Assembly (NCBI GenBank): GCA_964503465.1
Contig: CAZCYZ010000002.1
Coordinates: forward strand, 70,995 to 134,994
From: an uncultured Gammaproteobacteria bacterium
GTDB lineage: Bacteria; Patescibacteriota; Microgenomatia; UBA12405
Length of the DNA stretch: 64,000 nucleotides
Reading direction: 5' to 3'
The position numbers and the translations under genes are program-made. Shown here one piece after another: positions 48,300 to 58,227 of the stretch; position 1 is the first letter of the stretch; each line of letters opens with the position of its first letter. The notes beneath the pieces are model-generated. The model ran no database searches. It saw nothing but the letters and a program-made list of their open reading frames with translations, and was not told the DNA's origin.

Positions 48300-49105
48300 A
48301 AATGAATAAAACAAAACAAAGAGGGCAGGTGGCATTGGTGGTTTTGGTAGTATCAGCGGTAGCGCTAACTTTGGGTTTGTCGTTATCCAAAAAAACGGTG
48401 ATTGAAACCCAAGTGGAAACAGATGAAGAAGCGTTAAAGCAGGCTTTTAATGCAGCCGAGTCGGGGGTTGATTATTACCTAAGTACTGGGACTACTAAAT
48501 ATACTGCTCCGGATGGTAAAAGTGCGGCCGACGTAACCATTCTGAATATTGGGGGGACCGGTGCTGTTGATTTTGGGGACTATACTCCGGTTAATAACTA
48601 CACTTATTTTTGGTTAGTGTCACACAGGGATGACGCTTCAATTGACTATACTGATTATTACTTAGGAGATCGAGTTGACGTATGTGTTGAGAATGATTAT
48701 GCTGGTTCATTGGTGATGGGTTATTTTTTTCGCGATGGGAGTAATAACTACCGCCTACGACGTTATGTGGTAAATTTTGGTAGTAGCCAGGTGATTCTTA
48801 ATCCAAGTAATTTACCAGCGGGAGTATGTGATGGCGGGAAAAAGGGTGCCAGAATTACTTTGGAGGTAGGAACAACCCCGTTGTTGATAACCGTGATGCC
48901 AGTATTTCAGGGTGGAAGAATTACTATGGAGAATGTTGGGGGAAGCCTGATCCCAATTCAAGGAAAGCAAATTTCATCCTTGGGTAGGGCGGGTGAAATA
49001 TCGGCCACGACCGGAGTTAGTCGTAAACTAAATGTGGGGAAAAGGTACAAGATTCCTGGTTTTGCCATGGAAGCAGTTATGAGTGGAGCTCGGGTGTTAA
49101 ATTAA
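48281..49105 (+). CDS. PilX-N-like pilus assembly protein.
   Basis: KQRGQVALVVLVVSAVALTLGLS resembles the PilX N-terminal domain. The true start is probably MNKTKQRGQ at about 48302. Confidence 0.5.
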   Translation: MERGKLKMNKTKQRGQVALVVLVVSAVALTLGLSLSKKTVIETQVETDEEALKQAFNAAESGVDYYLSTGTTKYTAPDGKSAADVTILNIGGTGAVDFGDYTPVNNYTYFWLVSHRDDASIDYTDYYLGDRVDVCVENDYAGSLVMGYFFRDGSNNYRLRRYVVNFGSSQVILNPSNLPAGVCDGGKKGARITLEVGTTPLLITVMPVFQGGRITMENVGGSLIPIQGKQISSLGRAGEISATTGVSRKLNVGKRYKIPGFAMEAVMSGARVLN

Positions 49106-49118
49106 CTATACTTAACTT

Positions 49119-50144
49119 ATGTCTAATGTAATTGGTATTGATTTAGGTGTTGGGAGCATCAAAATAGTGTCCCTGTCAAAGGGTGACAAAGGAGTGGCGC
49201 TTGATGTAATCGCTGAGACCAAGACGCCAAATAGTGGTTGGCTTAAGGGGGATCATAAGAAAGTCGCAGAATTGGTGGCGTCGATAAAATCGTTGATGTC
49301 TGATTCAAAAATTAGGGCCAAGCAGGCAGTGGTGAGTTTACCTGAAGACGAGATTGTTTCCCGAGTGATAAGATTGCCACCTTTAAAAGAGAGTGAAATT
49401 CGAGAGGCTCTGAAGTTTGAAGCGGAGACATTTATCCCCTATCCGTTGGATCAGGTATCAATAGATTATGAGGTGATGGAAGAAGATGAATCGGGGCGGT
49501 TAACAGTTTTTGCGATTGCTGCCAAAAACGATTTAATTAATCTTTATGTAAAGTTGTTTAAATCTTTGGGATTGGATTTGGTGGCAATTGAATCACCCGC
49601 AGTAGCGATTAAGAGAATTGTTGGCTTGACGGTGGGAGTAGATAATCCGGTGATGGTGGTAGATATGGGTGAAAAGTATTCGGATATCGTCTGTCTTAAT
49701 AAGGGCAACATCTATTTTACTCGGGCGATTTCTGTTGGTGGGGAATCAATGACTCGGGCAATTTCGATAAATTTGGGATTAGATATGGCATCGGCAGAGG
49801 AGTATAAAAAGGCATACGGCTTAAAGGAGTTGGAATTAGAGGGTAAAATTAAGGGAGCGTTGTTACCGGTTTTTAGTAGTATGGCCGAGGAAATAAGACG
49901 AGCTCTAGTGGCTTTTAAGGAGGATCAAGGAAAACCAGTAGATTTCTTAATTTTGAGTGGTGGAGGGGCGAATCTACCGGGGTTGGCGGAAGAACTAACA
50001 AGAATATTGGGAATAGAAGTTCAAGTGGTTCAACCTTTCTTGCGGATTGACACTACTAAGGTAGTGGTGCCGCTAAATCTTAACTCCGAAGGTTGTCGAT
50101 TTACTTTGGCAATTGGATTAGCATTAAGAGGACTAAATGACTAA
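49119..50144 (+). CDS. pilM: Type IV pilus assembly protein PilM (actin-like).
   Basis: IGIDLGVGSIKIVSL phosphate-1 motif. 341 aa. Confidence 0.85.
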   Translation: MSNVIGIDLGVGSIKIVSLSKGDKGVALDVIAETKTPNSGWLKGDHKKVAELVASIKSLMSDSKIRAKQAVVSLPEDEIVSRVIRLPPLKESEIREALKFEAETFIPYPLDQVSIDYEVMEEDESGRLTVFAIAAKNDLINLYVKLFKSLGLDLVAIESPAVAIKRIVGLTVGVDNPVMVVDMGEKYSDIVCLNKGNIYFTRAISVGGESMTRAISINLGLDMASAEEYKKAYGLKELELEGKIKGALLPVFSSMAEEIRRALVAFKEDQGKPVDFLILSGGGANLPGLAEELTRILGIEVQVVQPFLRIDTTKVVVPLNLNSEGCRFTLAIGLALRGLND

Positions 50145-50730
50145 ATTAAATTTAAATTTATTACCAAGTCAGGCTAAGTTTCAAGCTAAAAAAATTCGGT
50201 TAATGAAGATGGCGAGGCGGTATATGTGGATCTTTGTATCGGTGTGGGTGGTGACTGTTTTGGTAGTTTTAGGAGTTTCGACATTAGTAAATATGATGGT
50301 CTTTAAAGAACGGACGAAGTTAACGAAGATAGAGGCGGAAGTAAAGTCACTAAACGATAGGGCGTTAACTGGATGGAAACTTAAATACATTGCCGGGATG
50401 GTGGCCAAGGCAATGAGTAGTCGGTTCGAATATGGAAAGACTTTTGATTTGGTGAATGGATTGTTTCAGGATAAGAAGGATGGCGATGAGTCCCAGCTGG
50501 TAAGTGGATTATTATCGGGTGATATGGGTATTAAGGATATGGAGTTGAAGGACAATCATACCTTTTTGGTGAGTGGTCAGACTGCAAATAAGGAAGCAAT
50601 TGATACCTTGGAGAAAAAAATGATGGAGTTAGAACGAGGAGATGTGGCTGGATTTTCGGGGGGTAAATTTATATCGCTTGGTTATTCTAAGGGACAATGG
50701 GGTTATAGTTTGGAATTAAAACTCGAATGA
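50137..50730 (+). CDS. PilN-like bitopic protein.
   Basis: LNLNLLPSQ N-terminal motif, then a single TM. Confidence 0.6.
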   Translation: MTKLNLNLLPSQAKFQAKKIRLMKMARRYMWIFVSVWVVTVLVVLGVSTLVNMMVFKERTKLTKIEAEVKSLNDRALTGWKLKYIAGMVAKAMSSRFEYGKTFDLVNGLFQDKKDGDESQLVSGLLSGDMGIKDMELKDNHTFLVSGQTANKEAIDTLEKKMMELERGDVAGFSGGKFISLGYSKGQWGYSLELKLE

Positions 50731-51485
50731 TTAAGAGTGCTGGGGTAATAGGCGACAAGGTGTTTGGGGTTGAAACTGGTTTGGTGAAAGTTTTATTGTT
50801 GCCGGTGGTGGTAACCATGGTGGGGATTTGGGCAGTTATGGCAATAATTGTTCCAAAGATAGGTGAAATTGGGGATAATGTAAGAGGGTTGGAAAAAATA
50901 AAACAACAGAAAAAGTTGCTTTTAAGTCGGAAAAGTTATTACTTGACTCTTGATGAAGAGGAATTGAAAAAGAATACCGATTTATTAGCTAAGGCATTGT
51001 TGAAGGAAGATAATGCTTATTATTTGGTCGGTATTATTCGAAATATTGCCTCGCGTTGTCAGTATTCTGTTCAGAACTTTTCGATTTCAATTGGTGAGTT
51101 GGGTGGAGAAGATAAAAAGAGTGCTGACTTTTCCAAGATTCCAGTATCTTTGTCGGTAATTGGACCAAAAGAACGGTCAATGGAGTTAATTAAGTCGTTA
51201 GAGAAAAGTTTGCCCTTGTTGGCCTTGGACAGATATGAGCAAAGAAATACTAGTTCAGGTTTGACGGAACTTAATTTGGTAGTATCTTCGTATTACCTGA
51301 AAGGAACAGGTGCCTTGGACATTGCTAAGCTGGAGATTAACGAATTGACGTTAAAAGAGGAGGAAGCTGGTTTGATAAAAGACTTGACTAACTATCAGGT
51401 GGTGGAGATGAGTAGTGGCTTGGTGCTGGACGAACAGAAGAGAGAGTTTACCAGGTACCAACGGGGGAATCCTTTTAGTTTTTGA
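50727..51485 (+). CDS. PilO-like bitopic protein.
   Basis: Position after pilN. Single TM followed by a coiled-coil. Confidence 0.45.
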   Translation: MIKSAGVIGDKVFGVETGLVKVLLLPVVVTMVGIWAVMAIIVPKIGEIGDNVRGLEKIKQQKKLLLSRKSYYLTLDEEELKKNTDLLAKALLKEDNAYYLVGIIRNIASRCQYSVQNFSISIGELGGEDKKSADFSKIPVSLSVIGPKERSMELIKSLEKSLPLLALDRYEQRNTSSGLTELNLVVSSYYLKGTGALDIAKLEINELTLKEEEAGLIKDLTNYQVVEMSSGLVLDEQKREFTRYQRGNPFSF

Positions 51486-51708
51486 ACTCGAGAGTAAATT
51501 TTTGTTGGGGGTAAGTGATGGTAAGGATGGTGCGAATGGCCTTAATTACTTTACCCTGTTTACCAATAATTTGTCCGGTAATGTCTGGTGGGCTAACAAT
51601 AAGGAGATTAACGGTATCGTCAATCTCGGAACTTTCAATAGTGATGGTATTAGGGTCAGGGACGATACCTTTGACAATAAATTCAAGAGTGTCGTGGATG
51701 GAACTCAT
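51475..51708 (-). CDS. KH-domain RNA-binding protein (YlqC/UPF0109-like).
   Basis: GQIIGKQGKVIKAIRTI GXXG KH motif. Adjacent to rpsP as in the rpsP-ylqC-rimM-trmD operon. Confidence 0.75.
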   Translation of the reverse strand: MSSIHDTLEFIVKGIVPDPNTITIESSEIDDTVNLLIVSPPDITGQIIGKQGKVIKAIRTILTITYPQQKFTLEFKN

Positions 51709-51724
51709 GGTTTGATATTAACAT

Positions 51725-52042
51725 CTATTGGTTAGGGGTATCAGCAGCAGGAGCGGGAGCAACCGGGGGTTTTTCCTTAACTTCTTTACTAATTTTCTTT
51801 TTTGGTTTTGAGGGATATTTTTCGGGGTGAAGAAGTTTATCAACTCCAATAGTCGGTTGGGCTCCATTTTTTTGCCAAGTAGCTAGCTTGCCATTGTCAA
51901 TGTTAAGGGTTTTAGTGTCGGGGGTATAAAAGCCAATTTCGTCGACAAAACGACCATCAACTTTGCTTCGTTGTTCGGCGACGACGATACGGAAGGTTCG
52001 CTGGTGTTTTTTTCCACGAGGAGAAAGTTTGATTTTGAGCAT
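51725..52042 (-). CDS. rpsP: Ribosomal protein S16 with a basic C-terminal extension.
   Basis: MLKIKLSPRGKKHQRTFRIVVAEQRSKVDGRFVDEIGFYTP. Confidence 0.9.
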   Translation of the reverse strand: MLKIKLSPRGKKHQRTFRIVVAEQRSKVDGRFVDEIGFYTPDTKTLNIDNGKLATWQKNGAQPTIGVDKLLHPEKYPSKPKKKISKEVKEKPPVAPAPAADTPNQ

Positions 52043-52063
52043 ATCAGCGATTGTAGCAGAAAA

Positions 52064-52753
52064 TTAACGATTTTTCTCTTGGAGGATTTTTATACCAGCG
52101 ATGGCGGCGGCTTCCTCGGCTCGCTGTTTGGAGTTACCGTTGCCGGTGGCTATGGGCTGGTTGTCGATATAGAGGGTGGCTTCGAAGTTTTTTTGATGAT
52201 CTGGGCCAGTTTCTTTGGTGATTTGATAATGTGGAGTAGTCCCATTTTGACTCTGGGCCAATTCTTGAAAAAGGCTTTTAGGATCTTTGTAGATTTTTTG
52301 TTGGGAAATTTCGATGATATTCTTATCAAGAAGTGAGTGGAGAATTAAGTCAACCTGGTCAAAGCCGGCATCAAGATAAATGGCACCAATAACACTTTCA
52401 AGAGTGTCGGCAAGTATTGAAGAATTGGTGCGACCACCGTGAGTTTCTTCGCCATGACTTAAAAAAATACTATCTCCGAGTTCAATGTTGGTGGCAATTA
52501 AGGATAAATTTTGGGTGCAAACGATTAGAGCCCGAAGATTAGTCATGGATCCTTCGGCTAATTGAGGAAAATGGTGATAGAGTTGGTTTGATACCCACAA
52601 CTCGAGAACAGCGTCACCAAGGAATTCCAATCTTTCGTTGGAAACTAAATCGGGTGAATGATTTTCGTTAAGATAGGATCGATGTATGAGTGATTGTTTT
52701 AAAAGTTGAGCGTCTTTGAATTGATAGTTGAGCTTTTTTTGGAGCTTGTTCAT
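52064..52753 (-). CDS. rnc: Ribonuclease III.
   Basis: [13 protein letters not shown] RNase III signature plus a C-terminal dsRBD. Confidence 0.9.
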   Translation of the reverse strand: MNKLQKKLNYQFKDAQLLKQSLIHRSYLNENHSPDLVSNERLEFLGDAVLELWVSNQLYHHFPQLAEGSMTNLRALIVCTQNLSLIATNIELGDSIFLSHGEETHGGRTNSSILADTLESVIGAIYLDAGFDQVDLILHSLLDKNIIEISQQKIYKDPKSLFQELAQSQNGTTPHYQITKETGPDHQKNFEATLYIDNQPIATGNGNSKQRAEEAAAIAGIKILQEKNR

Positions 52754-53115
52754 AGTTGCGGATCAAGTTTTTTAATAATACTGCCCATAACTCCATTAAC
52801 AAACGAAGACGAATTGTCGGTGCCGTATTCTTTGGCCAACTCGATAGCTTCGTCAATAATGACCTTGGGTGGGGTTTTCTTTTGGTAAAGTAACTCCCAG
52901 ATGGCGCATCGAAGAATTGATAAATCAATTTGGTTGATTTTTTCAAGGGGCCACTTGGGGGCATGTTCTTCGATAACTTTGTCGATTTTGGTAATCGACT
53001 TGATAATTTTGGTGGAGTCGGTAGTGGTGGGGCGCTTGGTACCGAAGCTCCAGGCAAAAACGGCCTGAAAGTTTTTTATGCGCTTGAGGTGTCGGGGATC
53101 GTATCTGTTTTTCAC
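52750..53115 (-). CDS. nusB: Transcription antitermination factor NusB.
   Basis: [15 protein letters not shown]...[28 protein letters not shown] shortened the start to the GTG at 53115, which overlaps the rpmF stop (GTGA). Confidence 0.7.
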   Translation of the reverse strand: MKNRYDPRHLKRIKNFQAVFAWSFGTKRPTTTDSTKIIKSITKIDKVIEEHAPKWPLEKINQIDLSILRCAIWELLYQKKTPPKVIIDEAIELAKEYGTDNSSSFVNGVMGSIIKKLDPQL

Positions 53116-53264
53116 TGGTGGCAGTTCTGACACTCAAAACCGACTAATTTCGGTTGTTGGCAGTGGCGGCAGAGAACATGATTGGCTGGTATTTTGGCGG
53201 ATATGGCGGCTCGGCGACATCCCTGTCGGCGGCTAGATGGCCAATGTTTAGGTAGAGCAGTCAT
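53112..53264 (-). CDS. rpmF: Ribosomal protein L32.
   Basis: My own translation gives [50 protein letters not shown]. It fits the L32 pattern MA.PK..S..R..RR....L..P....C..C...KL.....C..C. Absent from the ORF track because it is under 60 aa. Confidence 0.6.
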   Translation of the reverse strand: MTALPKHWPSSRRQGCRRAAISAKIPANHVLCRHCQQPKLVGFECQNCHQ

Positions 53265-53353
53265 GGGGGTATTATATAACAAAAATATTAATTTTTGATG
53301 TTTCGCTCTATTTTGATAGATTTATTGAGATAGGATCTCTTGAAATATCAGAA

Positions 53354-55315
53354 CTAGTTGGTGGTGTGACCAATTGAGGCGGCAGGATTGTGTCTTAACT
53401 TGGAGGGATCAAATGAAGAATTTTGTTGGAGAATATTAGCTAAGATTTGTTGACAGTAACGGATAAGCTTGAAATTGGCTAGATCGGCGATTTTGAGGGC
53501 AGGAAAGCCGTGTTGGAGGTTTGAGGTGATAAGTCCGGGCCCACGAGTTTTTAGGTCATAGTCGGCGATTGTTTGGCTATCAGTATTCTGGGTGAAGAAC
53601 TTAAGCCGGGAAATAGTGTTGATATTGGTCGATTCAGTGAAGAGATAACAAAAACTTGACTCTTCTCCCCTGCCAACTCGACCGCGAAGCTGGTGTAACT
53701 GGGATAGACCAAAGCGTTCGGCCGACTGAATAATAATGGTGTTAGCATTTTTAATATCGACTCCGACTTCAATTATGGGGGTGGTAACAAGAATTTGGAT
53801 TTTGTTTGATTGGAATTTTTTGATAATTTCGTCTCGAATGTTTGATTTAGTTTTACCGTGAAGTAGAGCTAGTTTAAGGTGAGGGAATACCACGGTGGAT
53901 AAATGATTAAATTCTTGAATAGCAGATTTGATTGACGATTGTGTTTCGGATGTAGCGATAAACGGGCAGACAATGAACGCTTGGGATTGGGTGGTGATAA
54001 TTTGTTTTTCTAGCCAATGGTAGCATGATAGTGTTTTATTGTTAGGAACAAGGAAAGTTTTGGGTGGATGGTGATGTGGCAGTGGTTGAAGTTGGGAGAG
54101 TTGGAGGTGGCCCATGAGGGTGAGGCTAATGGTTCTGGGGATAGGAGTGGCTGACATGGTGATTTGGTGAGGTATGTTGTTGGGGCTGAGTGATGAGAGA
54201 AAGGATCGCTGGGCGACTCCAAATTTGTGTTGTTCGTCAACCACCAGGAGAGTGATAGAGGGGAGTTTGGAGTGGTGAAAAGCAGCATGGGTGGCAATAA
54301 TGATTGATACTTTGGGGAATTTTTTGATATGATGGCGAGAGGTAAGTAACTTTATTGGAATCTTTGGCAAATATTTTTTGAAGTTTTTAAAGTGTTGTTG
54401 AGCTAGAATGTTGGTTGGGGCGATTATGAGGGAGTTGTGGTTGTTTTTGTAGGTTAAATAGGAGCTAAGAATAGCCAACAGAGTTTTGCCGGAACTGACA
54501 TCGCCAACTAAAAGCCGGTTGGTCAGATGGTGGGTGGAGGTTAAGTCCTTTCTAATTTCGTACCAGGCTTGTTTTTGGGAGGGTGAAAGTTGAAATGGGA
54601 GTAGTTTAGTGACGGGAGAGATTGGATACAGTTTTAATGGTTTGGGTGGAAGTGATTGCTGTTTGACTTTGAGTAATTCGCTCTCGGCCAGAATGGAGAG
54701 TATCTCATCAATAGCTAAGCGAGTTCGGGCTTGTTGGAGGTAATTTTGATCTTGAGGGAGATGTATTTGGGTTAAGGCCTGGGTTAATGATAAGAGATGG
54801 TATTTTTGGGTAATATTTGGTGGTAATGGGTCGGTGATTGAGGAGAGGAGGGTGGTGATGTGAGTGTGGATAATTTTACGAAACCATTTAGAGGTTAAGC
54901 TTTTAGTTTCGGGATAAACACTAATAATCTTACCAGTACTGTATTGTCCGTATTCCGGGGAGAAAATGGTTTTTTGGTGATTAAAAAAACTGATTTTCCC
55001 GGCGACACTAAAGGTTGCGTTTGGTTTGAATACAGTGGCTAGGTAGGGTTGGTTGAACCAGGCCAAGTTGATGGTACCGGTATGGTCTTCTAGAGTGGCG
55101 ATTTGAAGATTCTTGTGTGTTTTGGTGTAGAGGTTTTGGAATTTGGTAATTTTACCGGTGAGGGTAACAAAACTGTCAGGAGTGGCTTGAGATATGGGGA
55201 TAGTGTGAGAGAAATCAAGGTAGCGGTGGGGAAAATGATAGAGAAGATCGGATAGAGTGTAAATTCCGAGCCGGTGAAGCTTGGCCAGGGTTTTAGGGCC
55301 GACACCAGGAAGCAT
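53354..55315 (-). CDS. recG: ATP-dependent DNA helicase RecG.
   Basis: Wedge domain plus SF2 helicase motifs GDVSSGKT, DEQHKFG and QLRGRVGRG. Confidence 0.9.
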   Translation of the reverse strand: MLPGVGPKTLAKLHRLGIYTLSDLLYHFPHRYLDFSHTIPISQATPDSFVTLTGKITKFQNLYTKTHKNLQIATLEDHTGTINLAWFNQPYLATVFKPNATFSVAGKISFFNHQKTIFSPEYGQYSTGKIISVYPETKSLTSKWFRKIIHTHITTLLSSITDPLPPNITQKYHLLSLTQALTQIHLPQDQNYLQQARTRLAIDEILSILAESELLKVKQQSLPPKPLKLYPISPVTKLLPFQLSPSQKQAWYEIRKDLTSTHHLTNRLLVGDVSSGKTLLAILSSYLTYKNNHNSLIIAPTNILAQQHFKNFKKYLPKIPIKLLTSRHHIKKFPKVSIIIATHAAFHHSKLPSITLLVVDEQHKFGVAQRSFLSSLSPNNIPHQITMSATPIPRTISLTLMGHLQLSQLQPLPHHHPPKTFLVPNNKTLSCYHWLEKQIITTQSQAFIVCPFIATSETQSSIKSAIQEFNHLSTVVFPHLKLALLHGKTKSNIRDEIIKKFQSNKIQILVTTPIIEVGVDIKNANTIIIQSAERFGLSQLHQLRGRVGRGEESSFCYLFTESTNINTISRLKFFTQNTDSQTIADYDLKTRGPGLITSNLQHGFPALKIADLANFKLIRYCQQILANILQQNSSFDPSKLRHNPAASIGHTTN

Positions 55316-58025
55316 GACTTATGTTATCATTAAGAAATTGAATGAGGATCAAGCGAAAAACACTCAAAAAAACTATTTTAATTGTGGCAATGTTAGGTCT
55401 GCTTTTGTCAGGTTTGTTGCCAACATTCGGGTCTTTATTGAGAATGCAATGAGGCGAAGAAGATTTTGGAGGTTATTTTTTGTGGGGGTTTTGGGGGTAA
55501 CTTTAATTGGAGTAGTCTCGGCTTTGGGATTGTTCATTTGGTATTCACAATATCTACCCAGTCCTTCAAGGGTGGTAAGACACGAAGGTTATGCCAGTAG
55601 AATATTAGACAGGAATGGAGAATTACTTTTTGACGTTTATCGAGATGCGAAACGGATGCCGGTAGTCTGGGAAGATGTTCCAAACTCACTTAAGCAAGCA
55701 ACAGTTGCAGTTGAGGATAAGGATTTTTACAAACATAAGGGCTTTGACCCACTGACCCCCTTTAGGATAGTTAAGAATTTGATAGTGATGCGAAGGTTAA
55801 CTGGGGGGTCAACCTTAACGCAACAGTTGGTGAAAAATGTGCTATTGACTTCGGAAAGATCAGTGTCGAGGAAAATAAAGGAATTTATGTTGGCGGTTCA
55901 AATTGAGGCGAAGTATTCTAAGGATGAAATATTGTTAATGTATCTTAATGAGGCGCCTTATGGTGGGTCGGCTTGGGGGGTAGGAAGTGCTTCGGAACAA
56001 TATTTTGGTAAGCCGGTGAAGGATTTGTCAATTGAGGAAAGTGTGATTTTGGCGGGGTTACCCCAAAGACCGAATGCCTATTCACCTTTTTCTAAAACCC
56101 CAAAGGCATATATTGCTCGGTCGGAACATGTAGTTGCCCGAATGGTAGAGGATGGCTATTTAAAAGATGGGGAGAGTAAAGATGTGGTTGATAGGATAAA
56201 AAATTATCAGTTTTATGAGAACAAGAATAAGCTGTTTGCCCCACATTTTATTTTTTGGATGAAGGATGAATTGGCCAAAAAATATGGGGAGGATGTAGTT
56301 GAAAGTGGAGGTTTGAAGATTACGACAACATTGGACATGAAACTTCAGGATGAAGTGGCCAAGATTGTAACCGAAGAAGTTGATAAGGCAGAAAAGTTAG
56401 GAGTGAGTAATGGAGCGGCGTTGGTAATCGAACCACTAACAGGTCAAGTCCTGGCGATGGTTGGGTCGAGAGGTTATTTTTCCGATAAAACTGATGGTAA
56501 TTTTAATGTAGTAACTCAAGCCTTAAGACAACCTGGATCGGCGATTAAACCGGTAACATATTTAACCGCCTTAAAGCGTGGATATACCCCATCAACGATG
56601 GTGGTCGATGCGCCGGTTACTTTCCCTTCGACAAGCTTGGGGCAAAAGGATTATAGCCCCAAGAATTACAGCGGTAAGTTTAATGGGCCAATGAGTTTGC
56701 GAGCAGCGCTGGGTAATTCGATTAACACGGTAGCAGTCAAAATGTTGGCTAAAGTTGGGGTAGAAAATATGTTGGCTCAAGCCTATGAAATGGGGATAAC
56801 AACCCTAGAGCCAACAAAAGAAAACTTGTCGCGTTTTGGATTGGCAGTAACTTTGGGTGGGGCGGAAGTGAGAATGTCAGAGTTGTCATCAGCTTATGCC
56901 GCTTTTGCTAATGGGGGGAGGAAAGTTGATTTGGTGGGAGTGTTAAAAGTTGAGGACCGAAACGGTCGGGTGTTGGAGGAATTTAGACCGATGGAGGGAA
57001 GACGAGTGATGACCAGTCAGGAATCTTTTTTGATGTCCAATATTTTGGCGGATAATTCTGCCAGAGAAATTACTTTTGGTTTGAATAATGGCTTGGTGAT
57101 TTCTAATTATCAAGTAGCGGTAAAAACTGGAACTACGAACGATAAAAAAGATAATTGGTGTATTGGTTGGACGCCAAATTTGTTGACGACGGTTTGGGTG
57201 GGAAACAATGATAATACTCCAATGTTAAAAATAGCGTCGGGAGTATCGGGGGCGACACCAATTTGGCGGCGAATAATGTTGTTTGAACTACCACGACGAC
57301 AAAAACAGGATTTTTCGATACCGGAAAAAATTATTAGTCTGGAAGTGGATAAGGTTTCCGGATATCTGTCACATGATGGTTTTCCGGCTAAAAATGACTA
57401 TTTTGTTGATGGGACACAACCAAAAATTAGTGACCCAATTCACTTGAAACTTAAAGTTTGTAAAGGGGTGACGGGCTTGGCCCCACCACAAGATGTGGCC
57501 TCGAATAATTATGATGAAAAAGAATATATCAAACTGAAGGAGGATGATCCGATTTCGAAAGATGGGAAGAACCGTTGGCAGGAGGGAATTGACCAGTGGG
57601 TTTCGGAACAGGGCGATAAAGAAAAATATTTCCCACCAGAAGGTTATTGTCGAAGTGGTGGACTGGTGGATATAGGTATCGATAGTCCGGCTCATCAATC
57701 GACTGTTGGAAGTACGTTTGATGTAAGATTAAAAACAACTTCATTAAAAAAGGTGGTTGAGGTAAAGTTGTGGGCTGATGGTGAGGAGAAGAGGACTTGG
57801 ACAGAGAAACCTTTTGAGATGAGTTTGAGTTTGTCGGATGGTCCGCATGTGCTGAAGGTAAAGGCGGTGGATAAAGATGGAAATAGCGCTGAACGTGAGG
57901 CATACATTGGAGTTAATGTTCCTTGGGATTGGAAACCCTCACCAACACCAACACAAACCCCAATTCCAACATCAACGCCGATTCCGACTTTGGTTCCAAC
58001 CCTATCCCCTACCGTGGCCCCTTAA
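55281..58025 (+). CDS. Class A penicillin-binding protein (transglycosylase plus transpeptidase) with a C-terminal extension and a Pro/Thr tail.
   Basis: GT51 motifs EDKDFYKHKGFD and RKIKEF. Transpeptidase SAIKP, SINT (serine-x-asparagine) and KTGT motifs. The likely true start is the internal MRRRRFWRLFFVG, about residue 57. Confidence 0.9.
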   Translation: MARVLGPTPGSMTYVIIKKLNEDQAKNTQKNYFNCGNVRSAFVRFVANIRVFIENAMRRRRFWRLFFVGVLGVTLIGVVSALGLFIWYSQYLPSPSRVVRHEGYASRILDRNGELLFDVYRDAKRMPVVWEDVPNSLKQATVAVEDKDFYKHKGFDPLTPFRIVKNLIVMRRLTGGSTLTQQLVKNVLLTSERSVSRKIKEFMLAVQIEAKYSKDEILLMYLNEAPYGGSAWGVGSASEQYFGKPVKDLSIEESVILAGLPQRPNAYSPFSKTPKAYIARSEHVVARMVEDGYLKDGESKDVVDRIKNYQFYENKNKLFAPHFIFWMKDELAKKYGEDVVESGGLKITTTLDMKLQDEVAKIVTEEVDKAEKLGVSNGAALVIEPLTGQVLAMVGSRGYFSDKTDGNFNVVTQALRQPGSAIKPVTYLTALKRGYTPSTMVVDAPVTFPSTSLGQKDYSPKNYSGKFNGPMSLRAALGNSINTVAVKMLAKVGVENMLAQAYEMGITTLEPTKENLSRFGLAVTLGGAEVRMSELSSAYAAFANGGRKVDLVGVLKVEDRNGRVLEEFRPMEGRRVMTSQESFLMSNILADNSAREITFGLNNGLVISNYQVAVKTGTTNDKKDNWCIGWTPNLLTTVWVGNNDNTPMLKIASGVSGATPIWRRIMLFELPRRQKQDFSIPEKIISLEVDKVSGYLSHDGFPAKNDYFVDGTQPKISDPIHLKLKVCKGVTGLAPPQDVASNNYDEKEYIKLKEDDPISKDGKNRWQEGIDQWVSEQGDKEKYFPPEGYCRSGGLVDIGIDSPAHQSTVGSTFDVRLKTTSLKKVVEVKLWADGEEKRTWTEKPFEMSLSLSDGPHVLKVKAVDKDGNSAEREAYIGVNVPWDWKPSPTPTQTPIPTSTPIPTLVPTLSPTVAP

Positions 58026-58227
58026 TCGAGATGGTTGTCTGTGGTGGCCGGTGGCTTGTTAAAAGATGAAGAGTGAGGGCATTGAGCACTCTTATTTGAG
58101 CGATTTCTTGGTCAGTTGGTGGTTGGGTGAGCATATTACGAAGAGATTCCTTTTGGGCTTGTGTTTGCTGGAGTCCAAATACCCTTTGAGCAAAACATTC
58201 GTAACAATCGGGTTTTGGTGGCATGGC

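Noticed and set aside
55281-55450. N-terminal 56 aa of the PBP ORF (MARVLGPTPGSMTYVIIKKL...), which overlaps the recG start.
   Set aside because: Probably a read-through from an alternative TTG. The signal-anchor sequence begins at the internal MRRRRFWRLFFVG, which is the more plausible start.
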